DNA of 64,000 nucleotides, from the NCBI GenBank assembly GCA_964345475.1, contig CAYFQW010000001.1, forward strand, positions 21,043 through 85,042. Reading direction: 5' to 3'. This document shows positions 18,161 to 27,840 of this stretch, piece after piece. Positions within the stretch are counted from its first letter, which is position 1. The number at the start of each line of letters is the position of its first letter. A program made the position numbers and the translations under genes. The stretch comes from an uncultured Raoultibacter sp. GTDB lineage: Bacteria; Actinomycetota; Coriobacteriia; Coriobacteriales; Eggerthellaceae. The notes under the pieces were generated by a model that saw only the letters and a list, made by a program, of their open reading frames with translations, was not told the DNA's origin and searched no databases.

Positions 18161-18667
18161 TTATTCATCCTCATCAAGAGTTAAGCCAGCCATTGCTGCC
18201 GCAAGTTTTTTAGAAGGAACATAGTCCTTTTTAGGAGCACGGCCCTCTATCTCCACACCCATGCTACGAGCAGTGCCAGCAATAATCTCCATTGCGGCTT
18301 CTACTGTGTTCGCATTAAGATCGGGGAGTTTAGTCTCAGCAATTTCACGCAGCTGATCGATGCTAAGAGTGCCTACTTTTTGCAACTGAGGAACTCCTGA
18401 GCCATTCGAAAGACCCAGTTTTTCCTTGATAAGAACTGATGCAGGTGGAGTCTTGGTTATGAATGAAAAGGTCTTATCTTCATAAACCGTAATCTCCACA
18501 GGAATAATAGTGCCAGACTTATCCTGCGTCTCAGCATTGAATGCTTGGCAGAATTGCATAATATTGACGCCCTGAGCGCCTAAGGCAGGGCCTACAGGAG
18601 GAGCTGGATTCGCAGCGCCTGCAGGAATTTGAAGCTTAATAAAACCTGTTACTTTTTTCTCAGCCAT
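18161..18667 (-). CDS. rplK: 50S ribosomal protein L11 with a C-terminal extension of about 27 aa
   Basis: [30 protein letters not shown]... is canonical L11. It continues past ...[10 protein letters not shown] with [26 protein letters not shown]. Confidence 0.95.
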   Translation of the reverse strand: MAEKKVTGFIKLQIPAGAANPAPPVGPALGAQGVNIMQFCQAFNAETQDKSGTIIPVEITVYEDKTFSFITKTPPASVLIKEKLGLSNGSGVPQLQKVGTLSIDQLREIAETKLPDLNANTVEAAMEIIAGTARSMGVEIEGRAPKKDYVPSKKLAAAMAGLTLDEDE

Positions 18668-18720
18668 TAAAACTTCCTTTCAGCTGATACAGCATTAATT
18701 ACATCTATACACAAAGCTGT

Positions 18721-18756
18721 AGCACATGAGAAGCCCTGTCCACCTAGGCATGTGCT
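18721..18756 (-). other. Stem-loop in the nusG-rplK spacer (8-bp stem AGCACATG/CATGTGCT)
   Basis: Perfect 8-bp inverted repeat with a 20-nt loop in the 105-nt spacer. It could be a nusG attenuator or terminator, or part of an L1-responsive rplK leader. The function cannot be determined from the sequence. Confidence 0.35.
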
Positions 18757-18772
18757 GCTTATGTTGTCAAAT

Positions 18773-19303
18773 TTAAATTTTAGCCACCTGATCAAAAGAC
18801 AGCTCGACGGGAGTTTCCCTTCCGAATATTGAAACCATGACCTTCACCTTGTTTGCTTCAGGCGATACTTCAGAGATGATACCGTCGAAGTCTGCTAAAG
18901 GCCCCGTGACAACTTTAACCACCTGACCAACTTCAAGATTAGTCGAAGTTTTTTTCGGAGCTTCCTTGCCAGGACGCCCCATAATCTTCGTATACTCTTC
19001 CCTTGTTAAGGCCTGTGGCTTTCCTTCACTGCCCACAAACCCAGTTACCCCAGGTGTATTACGAACCGCCGCCCAGCTGCGGTCGTCAAGTTCCATACGA
19101 ACGAGGACATAGCCGGGGAATACTTTTTTTTCCGACTCAATTCTTCGTCCACCTTCCTTGATTTCTGTAACCATTTCAGTAGGGATTTCTATAGAGAAGA
19201 CAGAATCCTCTAAACCCATTGTCTCAATGCGGATCTCAAGGTTCTTTTTTACCTTATTCTCATATCCTGAATAAGTATGGAGTACATACCATTTCTTTGC
19301 CAC
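18773..19303 (-). CDS. nusG: Transcription termination/antitermination factor NusG
   Basis: 176 aa, [16 protein letters not shown] (NGN domain) plus a C-terminal KOW. GTG start. Confidence 0.96.
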   Translation of the reverse strand: MAKKWYVLHTYSGYENKVKKNLEIRIETMGLEDSVFSIEIPTEMVTEIKEGGRRIESEKKVFPGYVLVRMELDDRSWAAVRNTPGVTGFVGSEGKPQALTREEYTKIMGRPGKEAPKKTSTNLEVGQVVKVVTGPLADFDGIISEVSPEANKVKVMVSIFGRETPVELSFDQVAKI

Positions 19304-19306
19304 GTT

Positions 19307-19726
19307 CTACGCTCCCCAACCGGAATAATGAGTTAACAGAGACTGGAACAAAATATCAAATACGTACGTGAATAAGCCAAAGAATATTAAGGCGCCGACA
19401 ACAACGAGCGACCAACGCAATACTTCTTTTTTGGTCGGCCAGGTCACAAGCCTTAATTCGGAACGAACGTCTCTTAAAAATTTAAACCTTTTTTTCTTAG
19501 CAGGTTTTTTTTCTTGTTTTATTTCCTTTTTCTTTGACTCTTTTACCTCAGCAAAACTGGTCGCACTCTCTGTTTTCTTACGAGAAAACAGCTTCTTCTT
19601 TGACTGCTCCTGCTCTTCAACTACCACTTGTTCAGCAGTCTCAGAGGCTTGAAGTTCTTTCTCAGTCTTTTTTCGAGCACGCGCTGCCGATGCTTTTGCC
19701 CTCTGCGTTTTCGATTTTTTTGCCAT
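19307..19726 (-). CDS. secE: Preprotein translocase subunit SecE (long Lys-rich N-terminal extension)
   Basis: The C-terminal part FLRDVRSELRLVTWPTKKEVLRWSLVVVGALIFFGLF is canonical SecE. The position tRNA-Trp/secE/nusG is also canonical. Confidence 0.92.
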   Translation of the reverse strand: MAKKSKTQRAKASAARARKKTEKELQASETAEQVVVEEQEQSKKKLFSRKKTESATSFAEVKESKKKEIKQEKKPAKKKRFKFLRDVRSELRLVTWPTKKEVLRWSLVVVGALIFFGLFTYVFDILFQSLLTHYSGWGA

Positions 19727-19812
19727 CAGTTTCCTTTATGCTTAAGGGGAATGTGTCTTCCCCACTATAACGCCAACAAGCAGCTTGATCCAAGCTGCTC
19801 GTACATACAAGC

Positions 19813-19889
19813 TGGCAGGCCAGGAGGGATTCGAACCCCCAACATGCGGTTTTGGAGACCGCCGCTCTGCCAATTGGAGCTACTGGCCT
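19813..19889 (-). tRNA. tRNA-Trp (anticodon CCA)
   Basis: Minus strand AGGCCAGTAGCTCCAATTGGCAGAGCGGCGGTCTCCAAAACCGCATGTTGGGGGTTCGAATCCCTCCTGGCCTGCCA. The cloverleaf folds, the anticodon loop is CTCCAAA, and the CCA end is encoded. Confidence 0.95.
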
Positions 19890-19910
19890 ATTCCTTTTAC
19901 ACCTGACGCC

Positions 19911-20060
19911 TTAACGAGTCTCCTTGTGTGCAGTATGCTGATTGCACCATTTGCAATACTTCTTCAACTCGATACGGTCAGGACTATTCTGCTTGTTCTT
20001 CTTGGTCGTATAGTTACGGCGCTTGCATTCTGTGCAGGCCAATGTGACCAATGTACGCAT
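19911..20060 (-). CDS. rpmG: 50S ribosomal protein L33 (Cys-containing form)
   Basis: Not in the ORF track because it is under 60 aa. Hand translation: [58 protein letters not shown] upstream. Confidence 0.93.
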   Translation of the reverse strand: MRTLVTLACTECKRRNYTTKKNKQNSPDRIELKKYCKWCNQHTAHKETR

Positions 20061-20117
20061 GAATTCTCCTTTTATTTAATCATGTTCGCGCTTAGATACC
20101 CTACACATGAACAATGA

Positions 20118-20144
20118 GGTGCGGGACGTTTGAGATCCCGCACC
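20118..20144 (-). terminator. Stem-loop after tuf (possible weak terminator or attenuator)
   Basis: 9-bp perfect stem GGTGCGGGA/TCCCGCACC, 30 nt after the tuf stop. The downstream tract is only moderately T-rich. Confidence 0.45.
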
Positions 20145-20174
20145 GATTAATACTATATTCTAGGCTTCGAGGTG

Positions 20175-21377
20175 CTACTTCAAAATCTTTGTAACGCGAC
20201 CAGAACCTACCGTGCGGCCACCTTCGCGGATGGCGAAACGAAGGCCTTCCTCCATAGCAATAGGATGAATCAGTTCGCCACGAAGCTCAATGTTATCGCC
20301 AGGCATAACCATTTCGGTGCCTTCTGGTAAATGGGCGATACCCGTTACATCTGTCGTACGGAAATAGAACTGTGGACGATAGCCATCGAAGAACGGCGTA
20401 TGACGGCCACCTTCTTCCTTTGTTAGGATGTATACCTGACCCATGAAAGAGGTATGGGGGGTTACTGAGCCTGGTTTGCATAATACCTGTCCGCGAACGA
20501 TATCTTCACGCTTTACTCCACGAAGCAGGCAGCCGATGTTGTCCCCTGCCTCAGCACTGTCGAGCAATTTACGGAACATTTCGATTCCGGTGCACACAGT
20601 TTTGGAGGTATCACGAATACCAACGATTTCAAGCTCATCGTTTACCTTAAGCGTTCCGCGCTCAACACGGCCAGTCGCAACGGTTCCGCGACCAGTGATT
20701 GTCATGGTGTCTTCAACGGCCATAAGGAAGGGTTTGTCAACATCGCGCTCGGGCGTAGGAATGAAGGAGTCAACGGCATCCATGAGCTCCCAAACCTTAT
20801 CTTGCCACTCGGGCTCACCCTCAAGTGCTTTCAGTGCTGATCCGCGAATGATAGGGGTGTCATCCCCGGCGAAGCCGTAAGTGTCAAGCAACTCACGTAC
20901 TTCCATTTCAACGAGCTCAAGAAGCTCCTCGTCATCGACCATGTCGCATTTATTCAAGAATACAACGATGTAGTCAACACCTACCTGGTTAGCAAGCAGG
21001 ATATGCTCGCGCGTTTGAGCCATAGGACCATCGGTGGCAGCGATAACAAGAATCGCGCCATCCATTTGAGCTGCACCAGTAATCATGTTTTTGACATAGT
21101 CGGCATGGCCGGGGCAGTCAACATGGGCGTAGTGGCGAGCATCGGTCTCATATTCGATATGCGAAATCGAAATGGTGATACCACGCTCACGCTCTTCGGG
21201 AGCCCTATCAATATCTGCAAACTCGGTAAAGTCTGCGGTTGCCGTTCCGTGAGATCCATCATTGCTAGAAAGTGTCTTAGAGATCGCAGCGGTAAGAGTG
21301 GTTTTACCGTGGTCAACATGGCCGATGGTGCCAATGTTAATATGCGGCTTACTGCGCTCAAACTTCTCTTTAGCCAT
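20175..21377 (-). CDS. tuf: Elongation factor Tu
   Basis: 400 aa, [14 protein letters not shown]..., [24 protein letters not shown]. Confidence 0.99.
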   Translation of the reverse strand: MAKEKFERSKPHINIGTIGHVDHGKTTLTAAISKTLSSNDGSHGTATADFTEFADIDRAPEERERGITISISHIEYETDARHYAHVDCPGHADYVKNMITGAAQMDGAILVIAATDGPMAQTREHILLANQVGVDYIVVFLNKCDMVDDEELLELVEMEVRELLDTYGFAGDDTPIIRGSALKALEGEPEWQDKVWELMDAVDSFIPTPERDVDKPFLMAVEDTMTITGRGTVATGRVERGTLKVNDELEIVGIRDTSKTVCTGIEMFRKLLDSAEAGDNIGCLLRGVKREDIVRGQVLCKPGSVTPHTSFMGQVYILTKEEGGRHTPFFDGYRPQFYFRTTDVTGIAHLPEGTEMVMPGDNIELRGELIHPIAMEEGLRFAIREGGRTVGSGRVTKILK

Positions 21378-21493
21378 TATTCATCCTCCTTCAAGGAAAA
21401 CTGTGGAAAAGAGACGCGTATCACGCGTCCTGTTCATTATACTAAAATCCTACTATAACGCAGGCACCTGAATGGATGCATGCGAACTATCTA

Positions 21494-21570
21494 TGGTAGC
21501 GGTGAGTGGACTTGAACCACCGACGCCACGGGTATGAACCGTGTGCTCTAACCAGCTGAGCTACACCGCC
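21494..21570 (-). tRNA. tRNA-Met (anticodon CAT; an Ile2/lysidine identity cannot be excluded)
   Basis: Minus strand GGCGGTGTAGCTCAGCTGGTTAGAGCACACGGTTCATACCCGTGGCGTCGGTGGTTCAAGTCCACTCACCGCTACCA. The cloverleaf folds. It lacks the initiator features (no C1:A72 mismatch and no three consecutive G:C pairs in the anticodon stem). Confidence 0.85.
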
Positions 21571-21700
21571 AATTTAACTAACATCCTACGGGGAAACAAT
21601 GTGACAACTAAGCTTCCGCCGCATCAGTGAGCGGCATACGTGTCTTAATTTCTGTATCCTGGATGGTACTAAACGTCTATATTTCAAACTTTAAAGAAAG

Positions 21701-21776
21701 TGGAGCCTGCGACCGGATTTGAACCGGTGACCTCTTCGTTACCAACGAAGTGCTCTACCTACTGAGCTACACAGGC
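21701..21776 (-). tRNA. tRNA-Thr (anticodon GGT)
   Basis: Minus strand GCCTGTGTAGCTCAGTAGGTAGAGCACTTCGTTGGTAACGAAGAGGTCACCGGTTCAAATCCGGTCGCAGGCTCCA. Anticodon loop TTGGTAA. Confidence 0.93.
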
Positions 21777-21824
21777 ATACGTACTTTGCCGCAGCAAGGC
21801 CTGGTAATACTTTTCTAAAGTTAA

Positions 21825-21908
21825 TGGTGGGAGCGCAAGGATTCGAACCTTGGAAGCCGAAGCAACGGGTTTACAGCCCGTCCCCTTTAACCACTCGGGC
21901 ACACTCCC
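21825..21908 (-). tRNA. tRNA-Tyr (anticodon GTA, long variable arm)
   Basis: Minus strand GGGAGTGTGCCCGAGTGGTTAAAGGGGACGGGCTGTAAACCCGTTGCTTCGGCTTCCAAGGTTCGAATCCTTGCGCTCCCACCA. Anticodon loop CTGTAAA. Confidence 0.93.
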
Positions 21909-22321
21909 AAAACAAGTACTTCCTCCTACATCGTTCAATGTAGTGAAGTCTTAAGAAAAAATGCTCATTCATGTGTAATTATCAAGCTGCCCGCCTGCAC
22001 GCACATTACATCATAACGGGCAAGCAGAAGAATTCTACGCTAGGAATCGAAGGGTGTCAACGGTTAACACGCTCCCGGGCGTATCTTCACTATTCCTTCG
22101 TTTCTGCCGCATTCTGACTAAAAGGAGCACCCAGAAGAGCATAAAGGCACTTTGACCCCGTCCGCTTTAGGATTATAACTTCCCCCATGCTATTTTCTCC
22201 TAATTTCTTCCACATATTTACCTACTTTTTCAAGACGAGACACAAAGCCTAAAACTCTCATCCAAATAAAACACGTGAGCCTATATGACGGTAGACTCAC
22301 TTTTTGAATGAGCGCGGCAAT

Positions 22322-23884
22322 TTAAATGTCAGCGTCCATATAGGTATCAAATTCATGCTGTATCTCTTCCGATGGAGGCTTCGTAAGCAGGGAAACTACT
22401 ACTATTGCTATCGATGCTAGAATAAATGCTGGCAGAATTTCATATATTCCCCAAATACCGCCAAGGGGCTTAATGAGCTCGTGCCATATTAAAACGGTAG
22501 ATGCTCCAGTTATCATTCCTGCAAGGGCACCCCATTTGTTTGTACGGCGCCAATAGAGGCTAAAGAGCATCAGGGGGCCAAACGAGGCACCAAAGCCAGC
22601 CCAAGCATACGACACGACCATAAAGATGGAAGAGCTTTCATCCATCGCAATAAGAACTCCCAGAAACAGTATGATGATCATGGCAATACGGGCGACCATC
22701 ATGATCTGCTTATCGCTTGCATCTTTTTTAAAAAGTCCCTTGAAAATATTTTGGGCTATGGCCGAACTTGAAATGATCATATATGCCGATGAGGAACTCA
22801 TCGATGCCGCGAGTATTCCGGACACTACCAGTCCGCAAAAAAAGGCTGGTAAAAGCATTTGCGACAGAACGATGAAGATGCTTTCAGCCGTCGCCTGCGT
22901 TGTAAACGCAACAGGAAGGGCGGCCCGACCGATGAGACCGATTGATACCGCAGCAGCAAGGGAAATTACAACCCAAACCATCGCAATGACCCGCGATTGT
23001 TTGATTTCGCTCGAGTGACGGATACTGAAGAAGCGTATGAGGACCTGCGGCATACCGAAGTACCCCAAACCCCACACCAGACAGGAGATGATGGCGATAA
23101 TACCGTACTCCCCTGGCTCACCGAATAAGGGATTACCTTGTTCAGACATCTGATGTCCCGAAGCGTCCAATAAAGGATTTGCTATTTGAGTTCCACTTAA
23201 AAATCCTGGAATATCCCGCAAGAAAGCTACGGCATTGTCTAGGCCGCCTGCCTGAACTATGCTGCCCACAAAAATAACGATTAATGCAACGAACATTAAG
23301 GTACCTTGGACTAAATCAGTAGCACTTACCGAAAGGTAGCCGCCTACAAAGGTATATATAAATACTACGAGAGCACCTACAACCATCATAGTCGCATAGT
23401 CGAAGCCGAATAAGGTGGAAAACAAGCGGCCTACAGTTACAAAGCAGCTACCTAGATAAATGCTAAAAAAGAGAAGGATGACAAGTGCCGCGATGGTCAT
23501 CAGTATTTTTTTATCGTCACGGAACCTATTAGAAAAATAATCCGGCAGGGTGATTGAGTTGTTCGCTACCTCGGAGTATTTTCTGAGGCGCTTCGCGACC
23601 AGCTTCCAGTTAAGATACGTGCCAATTGCAATACCTATTGCCGTCCACATAGCATCCGATGCACCATAGAAATAGGCAAGCCCGGGTACTCCCATTAAAA
23701 GCCAGCCGCTCATGTCGGATGATTCAGCTGAGAATGCCGTTAACCAAGGCCCAAGTTTTCTTCCACCAATGAAATAATTCTCAGATGAAGCATTCGAACG
23801 TTTAGCAAAAACAAAACCTATGGTGATAATGACGATAAAATAAACCGCCATGGCGGCTAGCACCCAAAAATCGCTGGATTTCAT
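22322..23884 (-). CDS. putP: Sodium:proline symporter (SSS family)
   Basis: 520 aa, ...YFIGGRKLGPWLTAFSAESSDMSGWLLMGVPGLAY..., about 13 TM. Confidence 0.85.
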   Translation of the reverse strand: MKSSDFWVLAAMAVYFIVIITIGFVFAKRSNASSENYFIGGRKLGPWLTAFSAESSDMSGWLLMGVPGLAYFYGASDAMWTAIGIAIGTYLNWKLVAKRLRKYSEVANNSITLPDYFSNRFRDDKKILMTIAALVILLFFSIYLGSCFVTVGRLFSTLFGFDYATMMVVGALVVFIYTFVGGYLSVSATDLVQGTLMFVALIVIFVGSIVQAGGLDNAVAFLRDIPGFLSGTQIANPLLDASGHQMSEQGNPLFGEPGEYGIIAIISCLVWGLGYFGMPQVLIRFFSIRHSSEIKQSRVIAMVWVVISLAAAVSIGLIGRAALPVAFTTQATAESIFIVLSQMLLPAFFCGLVVSGILAASMSSSSAYMIISSSAIAQNIFKGLFKKDASDKQIMMVARIAMIIILFLGVLIAMDESSSIFMVVSYAWAGFGASFGPLMLFSLYWRRTNKWGALAGMITGASTVLIWHELIKPLGGIWGIYEILPAFILASIAIVVVSLLTKPPSEEIQHEFDTYMDADI

Positions 23885-24018
23885 AATCCCTCTCTTCTTA
23901 TACTAATTGCACGAAAACGCAACTTGAGACACGGTTTAGGATTATACTTTATTTGAGAAGCTTACAGTAAAGATTTTCTGTATAAAGGTTTTAACTGGTA
24001 AAAAGTGAGAGGAATCAC

Positions 24019-25308
24019 ATGACAAGCTATGGAAAAATGTCGACTATTGAGCTCGAAGCCGCACAAAAAGATGTAATGGATGAGTATGCTAGTTTTAAAG
24101 CAAAGAACCTAAAACTTAACATGGCACGCGGAAAGCCATCCTCCTCTCAACTTGATCTGAGTATGCCCCTGCTAGATGTTTTGAATTCTTCTTCGCAGTA
24201 TAAAAATGAGGAGGGGATCGACTGTCGGAACTACGGGGTCTTAGATGGCCTTGCTGAAGCCAAAAATCTCATGGGCTTTATGCTTGATGAGGATCCTCAA
24301 AATGTAATCATCTATGGCAATGCAAGCCTTAATCTTATGTACGATACCTTTGCGCACTGCTTCAGTTTCGGCATTTTAGGGTCGAAGCCTTGGAGTACCT
24401 ACGAGGAAATCAAATGGATCTGTCCTGTTCCTGGATATGACCGTCATTTCAGTATTACTGAATACTTTGGCTGCACCATGATTCCTGTGTCTATGACCGA
24501 AGAAGGTCCTGATATGGACGAGATAGAAAAACTCGTCATTTCCGATCCCTCGATTAAAGGCATCTGGTGTGTCCCTAAATATTCCAATCCCGATGGTATC
24601 AGCTATTCCAACGAGGTAGTCACCCGCCTCGCATCAATGGAATGCGCTGCAGATGACTTCCGAATCTTTTGGGATAACGCATATAGCGTGCATCACCTCT
24701 ATAAGGATGCGAGCCAGCAAGACCAACTCCTCGACATAGGAGATGCTTGCGAAAAGGCTGGTAATCCCCATCGGTACTTCAAGTTTGCTTCAACCTCAAA
24801 AGTAACCTTTCCGGGTTCAGGCATTTCGGCATATGCTGCCAGCGCAGAAAACCTCCATGAAATGAAAAAGCGTATGGGAGTACAGACTATTGGCCATGAC
24901 AAAATGAACCAGCTCCGACATGCTCTCTTTTTAAAAGATGCAGAAGGGCTCACTTCTCATATGGCGAAACATGCCGCCATCCTTCGCCCAAAGTTCGAGC
25001 TCGTGTTTAAAAAACTCGAGCAGGGCTTACAGGAGAACGACTGTGGCTCGTGGACTACTCCGCAAGGAGGATACTTCGTTTCCTTTTACGCCCCCCACCA
25101 CACGGCAAAGCGCATCGTGGATCTTGCTCGAGAAGCTGGCGTTGTAATGACGGGCGCCGGTGCCACCTATCCCTATGGCAAAGATCCCGACGATAGCAAT
25201 ATTCGCATTGCGCCGACATTTCCTCCTCTTGAGGAACTTGATATCGCCATGGATGTATTTGTGTGCTGTGTAAAGATAGCAACTATAGAAAAACTTTTGC
25301 AGCAGTAA
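24019..25308 (+). CDS. PLP-dependent aminotransferase (class I/II fold, aspartate-aminotransferase-like)
   Basis: 429 aa, ...NMARGKPSSSQLDL..., PLP-lysine context FASTSKVTFPGSG. Substrate not assignable. Confidence 0.7.
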   Translation: MTSYGKMSTIELEAAQKDVMDEYASFKAKNLKLNMARGKPSSSQLDLSMPLLDVLNSSSQYKNEEGIDCRNYGVLDGLAEAKNLMGFMLDEDPQNVIIYGNASLNLMYDTFAHCFSFGILGSKPWSTYEEIKWICPVPGYDRHFSITEYFGCTMIPVSMTEEGPDMDEIEKLVISDPSIKGIWCVPKYSNPDGISYSNEVVTRLASMECAADDFRIFWDNAYSVHHLYKDASQQDQLLDIGDACEKAGNPHRYFKFASTSKVTFPGSGISAYAASAENLHEMKKRMGVQTIGHDKMNQLRHALFLKDAEGLTSHMAKHAAILRPKFELVFKKLEQGLQENDCGSWTTPQGGYFVSFYAPHHTAKRIVDLAREAGVVMTGAGATYPYGKDPDDSNIRIAPTFPPLEELDIAMDVFVCCVKIATIEKLLQQ

Positions 25309-25479
25309 GAAGGAGATCCCTTCTTACTGGGCACTATCTTGGAACTGCGTACGTCTAAAGCTTTGTACACCTAATATGCTGACTCGCAAAAATGGCTTGA
25401 AGGAAATTATCTTAAACCGATGAAGCGTTTGGAAGCTCATCGCGCAATCGAACAAGGTGTGTTGCCTGGCGCACATACA

Positions 25480-25506
25480 AGACGGGGTCTTAAAAAGACC
25501 CCGTCT
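25480..25506. other. Perfect 12-bp hairpin in a convergent intergenic region
   Basis: AGACGGGGTCTT-AAA-AAGACCCCGTCT, with no flanking T-tract. Confidence 0.4.
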
Positions 25507-25542
25507 GACGATCTGTAAGACATAGCTACTGATACAGACCAA

Positions 25543-25577
25543 AGCTGCCGATTGTAACTCGGCAGCTATATGTTTTT
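25543..25577. terminator. Rho-independent-type terminator between the aminotransferase gene and hppA
   Basis: AGCTGCCG-attgtaact-CGGCAGCT followed by ATATGTTTTT on the plus strand. On the minus strand it lies 22 nt after the hppA stop. Confidence 0.6.
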
Positions 25578-25589
25578 ACGTACTAACGC

Positions 25590-27710
25590 TTAGCCAGCAA
25601 GCAAAGCCAATACCGGTACAAGCAAAAGCGCTACGATATTGAACACCTTAATCATAGAGTTCAAGGCGGGGCCTGCAGTATCTTTATAGGGGTCGCCAAC
25701 CGTATCGCCAGTTACAGCAGCCTGATGAGCGAAAGAACCCTTTCCTCCAAATTTTCCTTCTTCAATGAGCTTCTTGGCATTGTCCCAAGCACCGCCGCCA
25801 GATGTCATCGAGATAGCCTGGAAAAGGCCTGTGACAATCGTTCCTACCAAAGCGCCTCCGAGTACCAGTGAAGTGAACTCAAACGCACCTTCAAATCCGA
25901 TTGCCTTCAAAATGAAGCCAAGGATAAGGACTAAAACAGGAGTAAAGACCGGGATAGCGGCAGGAAGGATCATTTCCTTCAAAGCGCTTTGGGTAACCAA
26001 ATCAACGCATTTAGCATAATCAGGTTTACCTGTGCCCTCCATGATGCCAGGGATTTCCCTGAACTGACGGCGTACTTCTTCAACAACTCCGCCAGCTGCT
26101 CTACCCACACTAGTCATAGCTAAAGAAGCAAAGAGATACGGTAAGAGACCGCCGATAAAGAGACCGACGAGTACGAAAGGACTCGAAAGATCGAAGGCTA
26201 AAACAACGCCAGTCTGTTCGGTAATGGTATGGGTAAAGTCTGAAAAAAGCACAACTGCAGCCAAGGCGGCAGACGCGATAGCATAACCCTTGGTAACAGC
26301 TTTTGTCGTGTTCCCTACTGCATCAAGGGCGTCAGTGTTTTCGCGAACGCTGTCGGGAAGACCTGCCATCTCAGCAATACCGCCAGCGTTATCGGTTACC
26401 GGACCGAAGGAATCGATTGCAACAACGATACCAGCCATAGAAAGCATGGAAAGTGCCGCAACGGCAATACCGAAGATGCCACCGAGAAAGTAGCTGACCA
26501 GGGTAGCGATAACGATCATGAGAATCGGTAAGCCCGTAGCCTCCATGCCAACAGCAAGACCCTCGATAATATTGGTTGCATGACCTGTCTCAGAGGCTTT
26601 TGCAATCCCCTCAACAGGCTTTTTGGTGGAAGATGTGTAGTAGTCCGTCACATATACCATGCCTGCGGTAAGAATAACGCCAAAAACGGCGCAAATCCAA
26701 ACTGAAATAGCGCTTAAGCCTGCCGGAGCAAGTGCTGTGTTTGTCACATCAACCTGAGGTATGAGCCACTGGCATACCGGGAAGAACAGGATAATTGCAA
26801 TAATTGCTGCAACCCATAAGCCTTTATAAAGAGCACCCATAATAGTTCCATTTGGGCTCATCTTCACAAACAAAGTACCTATGATAGAAGCTAGGATGGA
26901 AACCGCTCCAATAACCAGGGGGAAACCTATGGCCACTCCGAAACCTGCTTGACCGAAGGCAAGGCTGCCGATAAGCATCGCAGCAACCGTGGTTACTACA
27001 TAGGTTTCAAAGAGATCTGCAGCCATACCGGCGCAGTCGCCAACATTATCGCCCACATTATCTGCAATAACTGCAGGGTTGCGAGGATCGTCTTCGGGGA
27101 TGCCTGCCTCTACCTTACCTACAAGGTCGGCACCAACATCAGCAGCTTTAGTAAAAATGCCTCCACCCAAACGTGCGAACACCGAAATGAGGGAACCTCC
27201 AAAACCGAGCCCGATCAGTGCTGACCACTCAGCAACGCCAAAAACAACCAAAAGGCTCATTATGGTAACTGAGAGAATGCCAAGCCCAATTACGAACATA
27301 CCCGTAACCGTTCCCGACTGAAAAGCCACCCGCAGGGCCTTAGGCAGACCATCACGCGCTGCCTCAGCGGTGCGAGTATTAGCACGAACAGAAATGCTCA
27401 TTCCAATAAACCCAGCAGCAGCAGAAGCTACACCGCCCAGCAAGAACCCGATGGCAGTCCAAATACCAAAACCTGCAACTCCGAAAAACCCAGGAATAAG
27501 CAGGATTACTGCTACGATAACAGCCACGATAGCAATCGTGCGATACTGGCGTTTCAGGTACGCCATAGCCCCCTCTTGAATTGCCGAAGCGATGCTTTGC
27601 ATTTTGTCGTTGCCTGCAGGCAGGCTATTCACTCGAGTAATTAGAATACCTGCATACACGACTGCAATCACACCGGCGACAAGGCCGAGGATCAGTGGTA
27701 CATCAATCAT
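25590..27710 (-). CDS. hppA: Membrane-integral pyrophosphatase, K+-independent (H+-translocating) type
   Basis: 706 aa, [21 protein letters not shown] signature. [10 protein letters not shown] has Lys at the position (Ala in K+-dependent enzymes) that determines K+ independence. Confidence 0.93.
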   Translation of the reverse strand: MIDVPLILGLVAGVIAVVYAGILITRVNSLPAGNDKMQSIASAIQEGAMAYLKRQYRTIAIVAVIVAVILLIPGFFGVAGFGIWTAIGFLLGGVASAAAGFIGMSISVRANTRTAEAARDGLPKALRVAFQSGTVTGMFVIGLGILSVTIMSLLVVFGVAEWSALIGLGFGGSLISVFARLGGGIFTKAADVGADLVGKVEAGIPEDDPRNPAVIADNVGDNVGDCAGMAADLFETYVVTTVAAMLIGSLAFGQAGFGVAIGFPLVIGAVSILASIIGTLFVKMSPNGTIMGALYKGLWVAAIIAIILFFPVCQWLIPQVDVTNTALAPAGLSAISVWICAVFGVILTAGMVYVTDYYTSSTKKPVEGIAKASETGHATNIIEGLAVGMEATGLPILMIVIATLVSYFLGGIFGIAVAALSMLSMAGIVVAIDSFGPVTDNAGGIAEMAGLPDSVRENTDALDAVGNTTKAVTKGYAIASAALAAVVLFSDFTHTITEQTGVVLAFDLSSPFVLVGLFIGGLLPYLFASLAMTSVGRAAGGVVEEVRRQFREIPGIMEGTGKPDYAKCVDLVTQSALKEMILPAAIPVFTPVLVLILGFILKAIGFEGAFEFTSLVLGGALVGTIVTGLFQAISMTSGGGAWDNAKKLIEEGKFGGKGSFAHQAAVTGDTVGDPYKDTAGPALNSMIKVFNIVALLLVPVLALLAG

Positions 27711-27768
27711 TGTCCATTCCTTCCATTTTTCAACAAAACGTTTTACATACTAGCATACTACACAAGAA

Positions 27769-27796
27769 TAGAGGTTCGATGTTACTCAAACCTCTA
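27769..27796 (-). terminator. Stem-loop after the PFOR gene (candidate terminator)
   Basis: TAGAGGTT/AACCTCTA 8-bp stem, 45 nt after the stop. The following minus-strand sequence is ATTCTTGTG. Confidence 0.45.
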
Positions 27797-27840
27797 TTTC
27801 TTTCCACCTAAGCCAAAACACTACACCTCACGGCCAAATC

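Noticed and set aside
20443-21458. Two plus-strand ORFs (145 and 151 aa) inside tuf
   Set aside because: They are antisense to EF-Tu, one of the most conserved genes known, and are typical long antisense frames in highly expressed genes.
21909-22321. 412-nt gene-free region between putP and tRNA-Tyr as a possible extra tRNA or ncRNA locus
   Set aside because: There is no T-loop (GGTTCGAAT-type) or cloverleaf and no convincing conserved-looking structure. It most simply holds the tRNA-tuf promoter and a weak putP terminator hairpin (22275-22300). An ncRNA cannot be excluded without a covariance-model scan or RNA-seq.
25324-25542. 72-aa minus-strand ORF and 15-32-aa plus-strand mini-ORFs in the aminotransferase/hppA convergent spacer
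   Set aside because: None has an RBS, the composition is implausible, and they are interrupted by strong terminator-type hairpins. I treat the region as non-coding.
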